A stretch of DNA of 59,279 nucleotides, from assembly GCF_001194135.2 (NCBI RefSeq), contig NC_069001.1:9516471-9575749 (forward strand). Reading direction: 5' to 3'. Source of the stretch: Octopus bimaculoides. Taxonomy: Eukaryota. The notes under the pieces were generated by a model. That model ran no database searches. It was not told the DNA's origin and saw only the letters and a list, made by a program, of their open reading frames with translations. Within the stretch, counting starts at the first letter, position 1, and each line of letters opens with the position of its first letter. Both the position numbers and the translations under genes were made by a program. Shown piece after piece: positions 37,516 to 50,489 of this stretch.

Positions 37516-38684
37516 TATCGCACTTTGGACGGATGTAATAAATATATGTGTCCGTTGCGATCTCTTCAGGTGAAAATAAAAGAAGTCACATCGTTTGCAT
37601 TCCTACGGCCGCGTTCCATGTCAAAAAGCCTTTACTTTAGGGCCAGAAGACATTAGAGCCCTTAACAGCCGTTAACACTTTGCAAGGCTCAAGTAATGCC
37701 ATTAGTGGAGTATTATATTCAGGATGGTGTCGCTGCTACCCCCATTGATGCCTTGGATTGTATATAGAAAGGGCCCACACGGCTGATTAGATCTCTCTTA
37801 TTACAGAAACGCTCTAGCCTCTAGCCTTCATGCCTGTTTTTGTTTCTTTGGCTGTCTTTTCTTTTGCCAGTTTCGGAGTTGGTTGACTTAGTACTTTTAT
37901 CTCTAGGGTTCCCGTTCTACATTTCTACCGTTCACAGAAACCTTGGGGTAGTCAACCACTTCCTCGCCTCAGTATCCACTAAGTCCAATCTTTCATCTCC
38001 AGATTACCCACCTTCACAAATCTGTAACAGTTTAAAAGAAATATTAACAGGAACAGTCTAAGCAATCTCGGAGAACTTGCAAGGGTCAACGGTCTTGGAC
38101 ACCGACTCTTCCTTCATACAGAGAAGCACGCACGCTCAAACACACTACCGACACACACACACACACACACAAGGCTAATGAGCCGAAACTTCGAAGCCGC
38201 TATAATTCTTCTTGAAAAAGTGTTGTTGTTCTTTTAGTAGGCATCCGTCGGTCTCGAGAGATCATGGATGTCCACCCGGAGATAACAACACAAGCAATAC
38301 ACAAATGCATGCATATATACATGTATGTGCATGTATATATATATATGTATATATATGTATATATACATACATACATACATACATAGAGAGAGAGAGAGAG
38401 AGAGAAATTTTGTGCAGATATATAGATATATTTAATATGTAAACATGTACATATTCAAACAATACACATGAGCACGCGAGTGTAACTAGTGCTGATTGTG
38501 AAGGTGTTTACGTTGATGGCAGTGGCGGGGTCAAGGTACCGATTGTGGTACTCTGGTGGTGGTGGTGGCGTTGGCCGCGGTGGTCTTAGTAGATTCGCCA
38601 AGTATCTGTATTTAAGTTCATGATCATGAATGCAAAACACACTTCTGAAGTTTCATTACGTTCGAGTAAACACGCACGCACGCA

Positions 38685-38722
<38 letters not shown>

Positions 38723-39322
38723 TACACGTTTTACGTGTGACTGCGTCTGTGTAATTTATTACACAATCTGCTGCATGTATACACCCACATTGTGCCTCTG
38801 TATGCATCTATGGTTTATAAACACTCACTTAGTCTACGCTATGTGTATGTATGTATGTATGTATGCATGAATGTATATATGTATGTATGTATGATTTATT
38901 GCGCGTGGCCGGCTGTGTGAAACATTCATATACACACACCGCACATATGTCTCTCTCTATGATTTATGTATATATTCAGACAGCGTGCGTTTATGATTTA
39001 TATATACACACGCTGACATTCGGTGCGTCAGTGAGAAATTACGTATACATTATACACGTCCTTGATGTTATATAAGCGTATATTATATGTTTGATTTATA
39101 TGCATACACGTTCCGTGCATTTATGATTTATATATAGACATTTAGTGTGTTTGTAATTTAGATATATACACACACACACATTACCTTTCAGTATGATTTA
39201 TATGCATATACATTACATGTGTTTACTATTTACATATTTCAAATGTATACAATGGATGGGCGTGCATACGTATACGTATATACATACATATATATATATA
39301 CATACATATATATATGTACATT

Positions 39323-39392
<70 letters not shown>

Positions 39393-39537
39393 CATACATG
39401 CATATATATATATGTATATATATATATACATACATGCATATATATATATGTATATATACATACATGCATATATATATATATGTATATATAAATATACATA
39501 ATGCATATATATATATGTATATATAAATATAAATACA

Positions 39538-39575
<38 letters not shown>

Positions 39576-39683
39576 CATATACATATATAAGGTTTACAAT
39601 TTATATATATACACGTATATTCCACCTGCTTTGATGTATATTCATAAATTCGTGTTTACTATATATATTATGTGTATTTATAC

Positions 39684-39723
<40 letters not shown>

Positions 39724-40152
39724 ACACGAGTTTATAATTTATATACATGCACATGTAATGTTTTATACGCATATTTCCTGTGTGTAGAACACACACATAC
39801 GCACACACACACACACACTAGTTATTGCTCTAGCACGTGGTGGCCTTAGTTGTTCGTTGTAAAGAGACCGAGTTCAGTCCTGTTTAAAAAAAAATGTTAT
39901 GATCACAATTGATACAATGTATCTAAGACTACACTATCGAATGTGTCAAGTTTCTTTAAGCTGGAAGGATAGGATTGGAATAGATTTCTAGTAAGATTTC
40001 TCGCAAATCAATCCACCATGTTGAGGCGGGTTCTTGACCGCTTTTGTTTGTGAGAGATAGGTTCATCTCCGCTTGTGACCCGAAGTCAGTCTAAAGTCCT
40101 TGGCACGCTCTAGAAGCCATGTAAGACGTCATCAGCGATGAGGAAATCAAGC

Positions 40153-40389
40153 TATTATGTCGGTGCATAATTATTGCGGCTTTCTTTTAAACAAATTTTA
40201 TTCATCAAAAACAATAATATGTAACAAAAACATTTTGAATGATTATTCCGGAGCATATTCACCATCTACTTCAATTACCGTCATTTAAAGATGTTTTTAT
40301 TAAATATTGTTATCGATTTTGTTGAATAAAATTTGTTGAAAAAAAAAAAAAAAGAAGAAAAACCGCAATAATTATGCACCAACCTAATA
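40153..40389. mobile_element. Mariner MITE (Hsmar1/MADE1-type TIRs) with TA TSD and long internal fold-back
   Basis: TA-TTATGTCGGTGCATAATTATTGCGGCTTT ... AAAACCGCAATAATTATGCACCAACCTAA-TA (3 mismatches in 29). Confidence 0.9.
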
Positions 40390-40574
40390 GGAAGCTGTTC
40401 GTTGGAATGAATCGGGTCTNNNNNNNNNNTAATAGGAAGCTGTTCGTTGGAATGAATCGGGTCTAGGAAGTGGTCTTATTCAGTCTCGAGTCGACTTTCA
40501 CCATGTAAGGATGTATGTATGCATATATATATATGACTGGATGGATAAGTATGTGCGTGCGTGTGTGCGTGTGT

Positions 40575-40613
<39 letters not shown>

Positions 40614-41447
40614 TGAGAGAGAAAATTGTACACTTTAGACACTTAGAGGCATTGGTGGCGGGGATCAGAAGTTAGCCTCGAAGATATGTAGCTTCGAATT
40701 TAGTCCTACATCGTGGGGCATTAGACAGGCCATTGGTCGAGCTGAGGCTATTGATGCCTAATGTCTCACTACGCGGAATATTAGCCTTCGATAGCCCCAG
40801 GCCGATTAATGCCCTCTTTGTGAAATTGACTAACGGAAACTGTACGGAACCATGTCATCTGTGTGCGTACCTTGTGTCACTGTCTAAGTATGTGTCCTTG
40901 TATGAATGTGTCCTTGTATGAATGTGTCCTTATATGTATCAATTTTTCTATATGTTTGTCTCTAACTACCTCTTTATGAGCATGGGTGTCTGTGTGTATG
41001 GAACTATATCTACACACTCAAACACAGATATATATATATATAAGGTCACTCATACATGTTCATACACATACCTATATAATTTGTACACACCTACATATTC
41101 ACAGAGTTTCCTCACCTTTCACCCCGTGGTCTTATACTTGTGCAGCTGCTACGATATTACACTGGTTTTTCCCGTGTCCTGTCATTGAATATTCATACCT
41201 GAGTAATTATGCATACACACAGCTAATCTTACCTGTTTTTCTATGAACTTAAATTCAGAAATTATAATTTACGATTTCTTAATTACAGCATTTCGAAATA
41301 AGCAAAAAGTCACCCTCGATTTCCATCTTCTCTCTGCTTCTTTCATGCGGACACAAATTTACACGCACGCACTCATAAACATAGGTTGACTAGTTATGGG
41401 AGTTGTTTACAACTATGTAAAGTATTTTCATCATTTGAAAACCCACA

Positions 41448-41506
<59 letters not shown>
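41448..41506. repeat. (TCTA)n microsatellite
   Basis: Direct inspection. Confidence 0.95.
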
Positions 41507-41508
<2 letters not shown>

Positions 41509-42176
41509 GTGTGTGTTTGTGCTATGTTCATTTATACACACACATACACACACACGTATATAATGATAATGACGATGCGTTTCCTCTTGTTACCGAGGAA
41601 GACCCTCACTGACCATTGCCCATGCAAAATGCTTGNNNNNNNNNNNNNNNNNNNNNNNNNNNNNNNNNNNNNNNNNNNNNNNNNNNNNNNNNNNNNNNNN
41701 NNNNNNNNNNNNNNNNNNNNNNNNNNNNNNNNNNNNNNNNNNNNNNNNNNNNNNNNNNNNNNNNNNNNNNNNNNNNNNNNNNNNNNNNNNNNNNNNNNNN
41801 NNNNNNNNNNNNNNNNNNNNNNNNNNNNNNNNNNNNNNNNNNNNNNNNNNNNNNNNNNNNNNNNNNNNNNNNNNNNNNNNNNNNNNNNNNNNNNNNNNNN
41901 NNNNNNNNNNNNNNNNNNNNNNNNNNNNNNNNNNNNNNNNNNNNNNNNNNNNNNNNNNNNNNNNNNNNNNNNNNNNNNNNNNNNNNNNNNNNNNNNNNNN
42001 NNNNNNNNNNNNNNNNNNNNNNNNNNNNNNNNNNNNNNNNNNNNNNNNNNNNNNNNNNNNNNNNNNNNNNNNNNNNNNNNNNNNNNNNNNNNNNNNNNNN
42101 NNNNNNNNNNNNNNNNNNNNNNNNNNNNNNNNNNNNNNNNNNNNNNNNNNNNNNNNNNNNNNNNNNNNNNNNNNNN

Positions 42177-42217
<41 letters not shown>

Positions 42218-42847
42218 GTGTGTGTAACAGAGTTGTAAAAGACTTGATGCTATATATATAACTGTTTGTTCATCTTCTATTTTAAGAGTGTGCGTGCACT
42301 TACTTACATACTTCCACATACACTATCTACTATATTTCCTGTTTCTCTAAAAATCTTAGCTTCATTGTAGATATGATTGTTTGTTCTTTCCAGGTGAACA
42401 CTTTTATTGAAATTTTCTAATTTGATAACTAATCCATAACTAGACAGATTTCTTCTCACCTGCTTCATGTGAACTCCCACTTATGCTGTATACATAAACT
42501 CGCATATATACAACTCACTCACAGTCCCACATGCATATGTAAAAACCATTTTTACATACTTATATACTTGCGTAAGTGGGCAAAAAGTATTGAATTCACA
42601 ACGGAAGAGCTTGTATATTCTCAAAAATTTGGAAAAGTGAAATTTAGAGTTGAGATTAAACAAGTTCTAGTCTTCAAAGTGATAAATAATATATAATGTA
42701 TGTGTGGGTGGAATGTATTTATATATATATGATAGTTTATATATATATGCATATAAATTTGTATATATACGTATGTCTTTCTGACTCTATTTCTGTCTCT
42801 TTCCCCCTCTCTTTCTCACTGTATGTGTGTGTATAGGCGTGTCTGTT

Positions 42848-42928
<81 letters not shown>

Positions 42929-43169
42929 GTGTGTACATATATAATAGCCTCCAGGCGCATACTTCGTGTCCAACCCAAAACACACACACAAGGATTCAAA
43001 TCACCATAACCTCTGAATATAAAAAATCTGCCGTTGTAGAACCTTCTTCACTTCCTTAAAGATCTCCTGGAGTTCATTTAGTTGGATAAGATGGATCTGG
43101 CATCACCGTGGACCCACAATCCTACGACATTCTACAGCACAGCCGCTGACAACCTTGAGACTCCTCAGA

Positions 43170-44160
43170 TTGTGTCCTTGCTTCCATCCTGTTCGACATT
43201 TTACTCGGAGACACCTTCAAAGTTAAAATCTCCGATAGTTGCATTGGTATTAGATAATGCACTAATGACTCAGTATAGAACCCCAGGAGGCTTCAAGAAG
43301 GATCAACGTTTCGATAGACAACCACTGCCTTCTGTTTGCCGAAGATTGTTACCTCAGCGTCACCTTAGAGGCTGACATGCAAAACTGTGTTGAACAGTTC
43401 TCTGGCGCCTGTAATAATTTTTAACCTAACGTTCAAAAAAGCCCAAAGTGACCCAACAGCAAACTTTAGGAAAACCTTATATTGAACCTAACATCTTCAT
43501 CAATGGATAACAGTTAAACGTCGGGTACAGGTTCACCCATTTAAATAGCATAATTTTTTAAACTGTTGTTATTAATAGTGAAGTAAATGCTAGACTCACA
43601 AAGGCCAGAATCGCATTCGGCAAACTCTATAAGAATGTGGATTAGAGGAGGGACCACTCCGGAATCCAATATCAAGGTGTACGATGCTGTTTATCGATGT
43701 GAGAACATGGAGTGTCTATCAAAGATATTCAAGGAAGCTGAACCACTTCCATACCATTCGGCTTAGAAGTATTTCGTAGCACTGATAGATCTATGGCAGA
43801 ATTGATTCATGAAGCACAGTTGCATTCTCGTACAGAATTGCTCAGCATCCACAAGATCCTGATGCAGACACAGCTACTCTATACAAATCCCATAGTTTGC
43901 ATGACTGACCACCGGCTCTCAGAGGAACTGTTCCATAGCAAGTTCTAGCAAAGTAAACGCTCCTGATGAGGCCAGAAAGAAATGCTACGAAGACACTCAA
44001 AAGCTTTACTTAAAGACTTTCAACATCGTCTTTAATAGTAAGAGCTTACAGAATCGGTTAAAATAGGATGGTAGTAGTCTGCAATGGCTCTGAGACATAT
44101 GAGGCCAACAGGGATAGCGGTTGTGCAACATAGGCAGGCCAGGGACGAAAATATCATGAT
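43170..44160 (+). pseudogene. RTE (BovB-like) LINE reverse transcriptase 3' half, decayed
   Basis: DCVLASILFDIL (QGCVLAP..F), LLFAEDC (FADD to FAED), EADMQNCVEQFSGACNNF, GKPYIEPNIFING, ARLTKARIAFGKL, ETWSVYQRYSRKLNHFH, SIHKILMQTQL, GQKKCYEDT; many stops and frameshifts. Confidence 0.92.
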
Positions 44161-44249
44161 GTCTCACTGCCGCCTGCATTCAGGCAATAGGAAGTAAGCG
44201 TATTTAGAATAATCTTTCTACTATAAGCACAAGGCCTAAAACATTTTCT

Positions 44250-44650
44250 TTCCTGCTGTAGGCACAAGACTCGAAATTTTTGGGAAAGGGGCTAGTTGAT
44301 TAGATCGACCTCAGTATGCAACTGGTACTCAATTTATCGATCCCGAAAGGATGAAAGGCAAAGTCGACCTCGGCGGAATTTGAACTCGGAAAGTAACGAC
44401 TGCTAAGCATTTCGCCCGGCGTGCTAACGTTTCTGCCAGCTCACCACCTTACAAGGCCTGAAACATTGAGAGAGCGGACGTGTCGATTACATCAACCCCA
44501 GTACTTTATTGGTATTTAATTTACCAACCCCAAAAGGATGAAAGGCTAAGTTGACATCAGCGAAATTTGAACTCAAAACGTAGAGACGTACGAAATGTCG
44601 CTAAGGATTTTGCCCGGCCTGCTAACGATTCTGCCGGCTCACCGCCTTAA
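44250..44650 (-). mobile_element. Two tandem family A SINEs
   Basis: Heads end at GCCAGCTCACCACCTT (~44450) and GCCGGCTCACCGCCTT (~44649); each has the GGATGAAAGGC core. Confidence 0.9.
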
Positions 44651-44871
44651 TTCGTTTTTACATAGTATCTGGAAGCTCTTCAGTTGTCATCCTCAAAATC
44701 CTTGCCTTATTCTGGCACTCGTGTACACGCAATTCATCCCCGCTTAGGCGGGGGCAGAGTATTACATGGAAAAAAACACATGCAACACATGAAGCGGCTT
44801 GAAGATGATCAGAGCTAACCTGAGACTTAACAACAATAGTAACAATACGAACTTACGAGAAGGGCTCTACG

Positions 44872-44950
44872 TGGTGGTCGGATGACCTGCTAAAAGTAAC
44901 AGCCAAAATCTTCGAATTACGCTCACTAGTCTTGAAGGAAAAACATTCAA
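44872..44950 (-). mobile_element. Old dispersed repeat (consensus-like GAGATTTGGCTGCTATTTCTAGCAGG)
   Basis: Related segments at ~10935-10990 (-), ~19240-19291 (+), ~45716-45755 (-), ~52320-52350 (-). Confidence 0.55.
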
Positions 44951-45929
44951 TGGACACTTTGGTCAATAAAATATCACCGATATATCAATATAAATCGTCG
45001 ATGAGGTCATGGTTCGAACGCGTTTGATCAGAAGGCTTGTTCAGTGCTAAACGGCAAGAACACCTTACCAACACCACACGCACCGTCACTTTTTCCGCCA
45101 CCAGCACACCCTCACGAACGATCATCGATCAACACCAGCACCAACATCGCCACCACAAACCACCATCACCACTACCACGTCCCCTCATGGATGATTACCA
45201 ATCGGCACCCCACACCACANNNNNNNNNNNNNNNNNNNNNNNNNNNNNNNNNNNNNNNNNNNNNNNNNNNNNNNNNNNNNNNNNNNNNNNNNNNNNNNNN
45301 NNNNNNNNNNNNNNNNNNNNNNNNNNNNNNNNNNNNNNNNNNNNNNNNNNNNNNNNNNNNNNNNNNNNNNNNNNNNNNNNNNNNNNNNNNCTTCTACACA
45401 CGCACTCACACACATACACACACACACACACGTACACACGCCCTCTCACTCATGTCCACCACCACCACCACCACCACCACCACCACCACCACCACTCTAT
45501 GCCACTGCTGCACTGTCTGTGTGTCCGTATGAATGTGTGTGCGTGCATGCGTGCGTGTGTGCGTGCGTGGTTGAGTGACTTGTCAAAGAACAAACATGCG
45601 GCAGCCGTTGATTCATCAACAGTTAACATTGCATCGCTTACGAATGTTTACTCTCGCTGCTGCAACGTTTTACATCAAGCACACATGCCACGGACCCTCC
45701 ACGAACTCGGAATGCCTACTAGAAATAGTAGCAGAGACTTCGCCTCAAACCAAACCATAATCCTCCGCTTTTGTGAAATATAATCCAAGATACATTAAAA
45801 GGCGTTCACCAAAATATAACAACTCCGTGGGGACAGGATGGTCACGGTTTGAATGGCTTGTGATTTATAGGTTTGCTTTGATCAGGATTAACCTGGAGCC
45901 TGCTCTGGATCGATAAGAAGCTCCTTATG

Positions 45930-46260
45930 CAACTAAGTGGTTTGAGGTTTAGTCCTACTGTAAAGTACCTCGGTGCACTGTAGCCCTGGGCCGATCAAAA
46001 CCTATGAGGGGTGGGGGGCTGAAAAATTCCTGGCTTTAAAGCTGTCGCGAAAGGCATGGTTGGAAGCCCAGCCTTCTAAGTTCTTTTATAAGGCTAAGAA
46101 AAACTGAAGGACCGCTGCGATAAATGTGTGAATCTCAGAGGGGAATATGTTGAATAAAATCATTATTAACTGATCCGCCTGTATTTTGTTTTACCCAAAG
46201 CCGGGAACTTTCCAGCACTCCTCGTAGTAAGTGCAGAATCGATACAGGACCGTAAATCCT
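45930..46260 (+). mobile_element. Old family B SINE interrupted by a mariner MITE
   Basis: TAGCCCTGGGCCGATCAAAACC|TA-MITE-TA|GTAAGTG rejoins to the family B consensus CCGACCAAAGCCTTGTGAGTGG. Confidence 0.6.
46003..46226 (+). mobile_element. Mariner-derived MITE, complete, TA TSD
   Basis: Left TGAGGGG...GCTGAAAAATTCCTGGCTTT, right AAAGCCGGGAACTTTCCAGCACTCCTCG; internal KLKDRCDKCVNLRGEYVE* mariner C-terminus. Confidence 0.88.
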
Positions 46261-46805
46261 ATTTTCTCACAGCACATAAATCCATGGTTGTTGTGGTCGT
46301 TGATGCTTAGCCCCAGGTCAAAATTAAGCGACCACAGCTATGATCCAAGGTGTCTCATCATTATGATCTCATCGTAGTTTGTCCTTTTTTTTTTTCCTCT
46401 CACGCATAGTTTATCTAACAATTTAGCGGAGTGAATAGAGCGTATTGGGCGAGCTACAAACGCACAAATACGGTATGGTCTTACACATGTAACATAATAA
46501 GGGATAACTTCGATGAAGTAAGATCATCTATGACATTAGTAGGAAAAATCTCCAAGAAATGTATGTGTAGTTTTTTAAATGTAAAAACGCATTCAAGGGT
46601 GACAACTCCAATAATATCAACGAATAAATTTTTTTAACCAAAGAAAAAAGAAGCGTGACTGTATGATAAGGAGCATGCTTCCCAACCACGTGGTTCCGGG
46701 TTCAGTCTCACTGCGTTAATCTCAATTAATCGATGTTTTCAACTCACTGTATGCTACATTTACGAGAGTCAACATTGCGGTTGTCTTGGCCATACAACAT
46801 CTCCT

Positions 46806-47057
46806 TTGTTTCGTTTACATTTTTCTCTCATTCTACTACGACCATTCTGGGGCACAGCCTTCAAGGGTTTTAAACGCTCAAATTGCCCAGTACTTATTTT
46901 ATTAAATCTCGTACATATTCTGTCGGTTTCTTGTCTCCCGGAACCGCTAGGTTACGGGGTTGCAAACCAAACAGCGTCCGTTGTAAAGCGGTGGGATGAA
47001 GGACACAGAAACACACACACACAGAGCCACACATGTGTGTCTGTGTGTATGTGTGTG

Positions 47058-47101
<44 letters not shown>

Positions 47102-47215
47102 CGATTGGCTTCCACACATTTACTGTCAACCGAATCCACTCACTAGACTTTAGTCGGCCCGAGGCTACAGCAGACGGCATTAGCCCAAGGTGCCACACAG
47201 TAGTACTGAACCTCG
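46806..47215 (-). mobile_element. SINE family B, near full length, diverged
   Basis: AATCCACTCACTAGACTTTAGTCGGCCCGAGGCTA...CCCAAGGTGCCACACAGTAGTACTGAACC; internal (TG/TA)n. Confidence 0.8.
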
Positions 47216-48562
47216 ATTCACTTGACTGCAATGGGAGCTTTTTAATCACACATACAAAATAGGGATTAAAACAAAAGCAGAGATATGTGTTCATATATTT
47301 TCACTTTGAATGAAATCTTTGAACTCGATGCTCAGAGTCTGAGCCTAAACCAACATCTGTTTTCTGCTTCTCCTNNNNNNNNNNNNNNNNNNNNNNNNNN
47401 NNNNNNNNNNNNNNNNNNNNNNNNNNNNNNNNNNNNNNNNNNNNNNNNNNNNNNNNNNNNNNNNNNNNNNNNNNNNNNNNNNNNNNNNNNNNNNNNNNNN
47501 NNNNNNNNNNNNNNNNNNNNNNNNNNNNNNNNNNNNNNNNNNNNNNNNNNNNNNNNNNNNNNNNNNNNNNNNNNNNNNNNNNNNNNNNNNNNNNNNNNNN
47601 NNNNNNNNNNNNNNNNNNNNNNNNNNNNNNNNNNNNNNNNNNNNNNNNNNNNNNNNNNNNNNNNNNNNNNNNNNNNNNNNNNNNNNNNNNNNNNNNNNNN
47701 NNNNNNNNNNNNNNNNNNNNNNNNNNNNNNNNNNNNNNNNNNNNNNNNNNNNNNNNNNNNNNNNNNNNNNNNNNNNNNNNNNNNNNNNNNNNNNNNNNNN
47801 NNNNNNNNNNNNNNNNNNNNNNNNNNNNNNNNNNNNNNNNNNNNNNNNNNNNNNNNNNNNNNNNNNNNNNNNNNNNNNNNNNNNNNNNNNNNNNNNNNNN
47901 NNNNNNNNNNNNNNNNNNNNNNNNNNNNNNNNNNNNNNNNNNNNNNNNNNNNNNNNNNNNNNNNNNNNNNNNNNNNNNNNNNNNNNNNNNNNNNNNNNNN
48001 NNNNNNNNNNNNNNNNNNNNNNNNNNNNNNNNNNNNNNNNNNNNNNNNNNNNNNNNNNNNNNNNNNNNNNNNNNNNNNNNNNNNNNNNNNNNNNNNNNNN
48101 NNNNNNNNNNNNNNNNNNNNNNNNNNNNNNNNNNNNNNNNNNNNNNNNNNNNNNNNNNNNNNNNNNNNNNNNNNNNNNNNNNNNNNNNNNNNNNNNNNNN
48201 NNNNNNNNNNNNNNNNNNNNNNNNNNNNNNNNNNNNNNNNNNNNNNNNNNNNNNNNNNNNNNNNNNNNNNNNNNNNNNNNNNNNNNNNNNNNNNNNNNNN
48301 NNNNNNNNNNNNNNNNNNNNNNNNNNNNNNNNNNNNNNNNNNNNNNNNNNNNNNNNNNNNNNNNTTGGCAAAGTGACTCAAGGCCCGAGAGTTTCATGCA
48401 GTAGTAATTAAACCCTCGGATTAATGTCGGTGCACAAAACTCTTGGCCCTTAAGTCACTCTGTTATTTCTGCCGATTACTATTATAGCCACTACTACTAC
48501 AACACACACACCTCGTAATTGTATTTGGCTGACAAGCTGAAAGATGTGTGTGCGCGCGTGTG

Positions 48563-48620
<58 letters not shown>

Positions 48621-48675
48621 CATACATACACACACATACATATATATCAGAGTGTGTGTGAGTGTCTTTCTAGTT

Positions 48676-48850
48676 CAGCTAGTGTATTTACGTCCCCATA
48701 GCTAGAGGTTCAGCAAAAGACACCGATAAATTAGTACCAGGCTTAAAAACCAATACGTACTGGGGTCTTTACATTCGACAAAAAGTTCTGTAAGAGCGGT
48801 GCCCCAGCATAGCCGCAGTCTAATGACTGAAGCTAGTAAAAGATAAACAA
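48676..48850 (+). mobile_element. SINE family B, 3' half
   Basis: GTATTTACGTCCCC...GGTTCAGCAAAAGACACCGATAAA...GCGGTGCCCCAGCATAGCCGCAGTCTAATGACTGAA. Confidence 0.8.
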
Positions 48851-49572
48851 TTTATATATATATATATATATCTTTTTGTTTGTTTATTTCACCGTTTCGT
48901 TTTCCTGTCTTGTTTTCCGTCTGCCACTACCCTCCACGAAAACAATTTAATTTGTGTTCGTGGGAAGAACCATTTTAACGATGCGTACTGCCTTAATTCT
49001 TCGAAACGCCGGAGTTTTAATGGTGGCAGTTAATGAAGGGGATGTTTCTATGTGGCCTGCTTGTTTGTTGCACCTTGTTTACCTTTCTTGTCCTTGTTCT
49101 TTTGCCACGTCATGTACCCAGTTATGTATCTATATGTACATGAACGTATATACATACATGTACATATATATGCATATACTCACATATNNNNNNNNNNNNN
49201 NNNNNNNNNNNNNNNNNNNNNNNNNNNNNNNNNNNNNNNNNNNNNNNNNNNNNNNNNNNNNNNNNNNNNNNNNNNNNNNNNNNNNNNNNNNNNNNNNNNN
49301 NNNNNNNGGCTGACCCCTAGGGGTGGATGTTACTGTTGCTTTTAGCCCCAGGAGGACATCTCCTCCAGCTGCCTTTAGGGGTCAGCCACACTTAAGTGGC
49401 AATATACTACACTTTATCGTGCAGTTACTGTTAATACTTCATTTAGAGAATTAACATTGCTTATACATATATAGATATATATATATGTATAACAACAAAT
49501 TTTAACAAAAAATAATTATAATGAAATCGCATAATATTAATAATGGTTTCAAATTTTGCCTCAAGGGAAGCC

Positions 49573-49680
49573 ATTTTCGGGGTGGGGATAAATCGATTAC
49601 ATCGACCCCAGCGGAATTTGAACTCAGAACGGAGTGACGGGCGAAATACCGCTAAGCATTTCGTCCACCGCGCTAACAAT
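49573..49680 (-). mobile_element. SINE family A with internal deletion
   Basis: ATCGATTACATCGACCCCA joined directly to GCGGAATTTGAACTCAG. Confidence 0.8.
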
Positions 49681-50390
49681 ATATTATTATTATTATTATA
49701 ATACAGCGTTCCAATGGAGGTTGTTTATTTAAGCATTCTCACACACAAAATTGCAAAAAACAAACCAAAACAATATTCATACAAAGACACATACCCAATC
49801 CCACGGCAAATCTCTCACACACAACACATTCACATAGACACAATCACACACACACACGCACACATTTACACACACTGACTGTCATCCACAAGCGCACACT
49901 CCCACACGCCCACAAGCAGATCATTATCATCCACGTATTTATATGTTTCCTGATACCGTGGGAAGATTTGCCGTAAATACAATATTTATATCCGGGTGAC
50001 TCACCGAGAATTTCAAAATGTAAACTGAACAAATTAATCAAATTACCTTAATGAATTCACTAATGTATTTTGTTTTGTTACAAGAACTATGTTTCACTTT
50101 ATATAGTTCGTTAATTAAAATTACGAAGAAAAACACCCTTCACCTAGTTTATATAATACGTGCACACACACACATGCGAATATGTATGTATGTATGTATG
50201 TATGTGTACAGACAGTAGGTGGAAGCTAGATATGCTCAGTATAGTAAACATGTAGTGCTCGAATGAATTCTTCATCGAGGACTGGGGTCCACAGCGTCAG
50301 GAATTAGTATATGAGAAATTGAAAGCGCGCTGCTATGGAGATACTAATACAGATAAACACAATTAGGCTATACACACACACAAAAACGTA

Positions 50391-50461
<71 letters not shown>

Positions 50462-50489
50462 ATATATGTATTTATGTATGTATTATTTT

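Noticed and set aside
37560-38110. Non-repetitive block possibly a second gag/ORF1 remnant on the minus strand
   Set aside because: Multiple stops and no zinc knuckle or other diagnostic motif recognised.
40386-40464. 34-bp direct repeat AATAGGAAGCTGTTCGTTGGAATGAATCGGGTCT
   Set aside because: The two copies sit on either side of a 10-N gap; typical unmerged contig overlap.
26697-48397. Long ORFs consisting mostly of X (e.g. 26697-27212, 33779-34359, 41386-42319, 47285-48397)
   Set aside because: Read through N-gaps; assembly artefacts.
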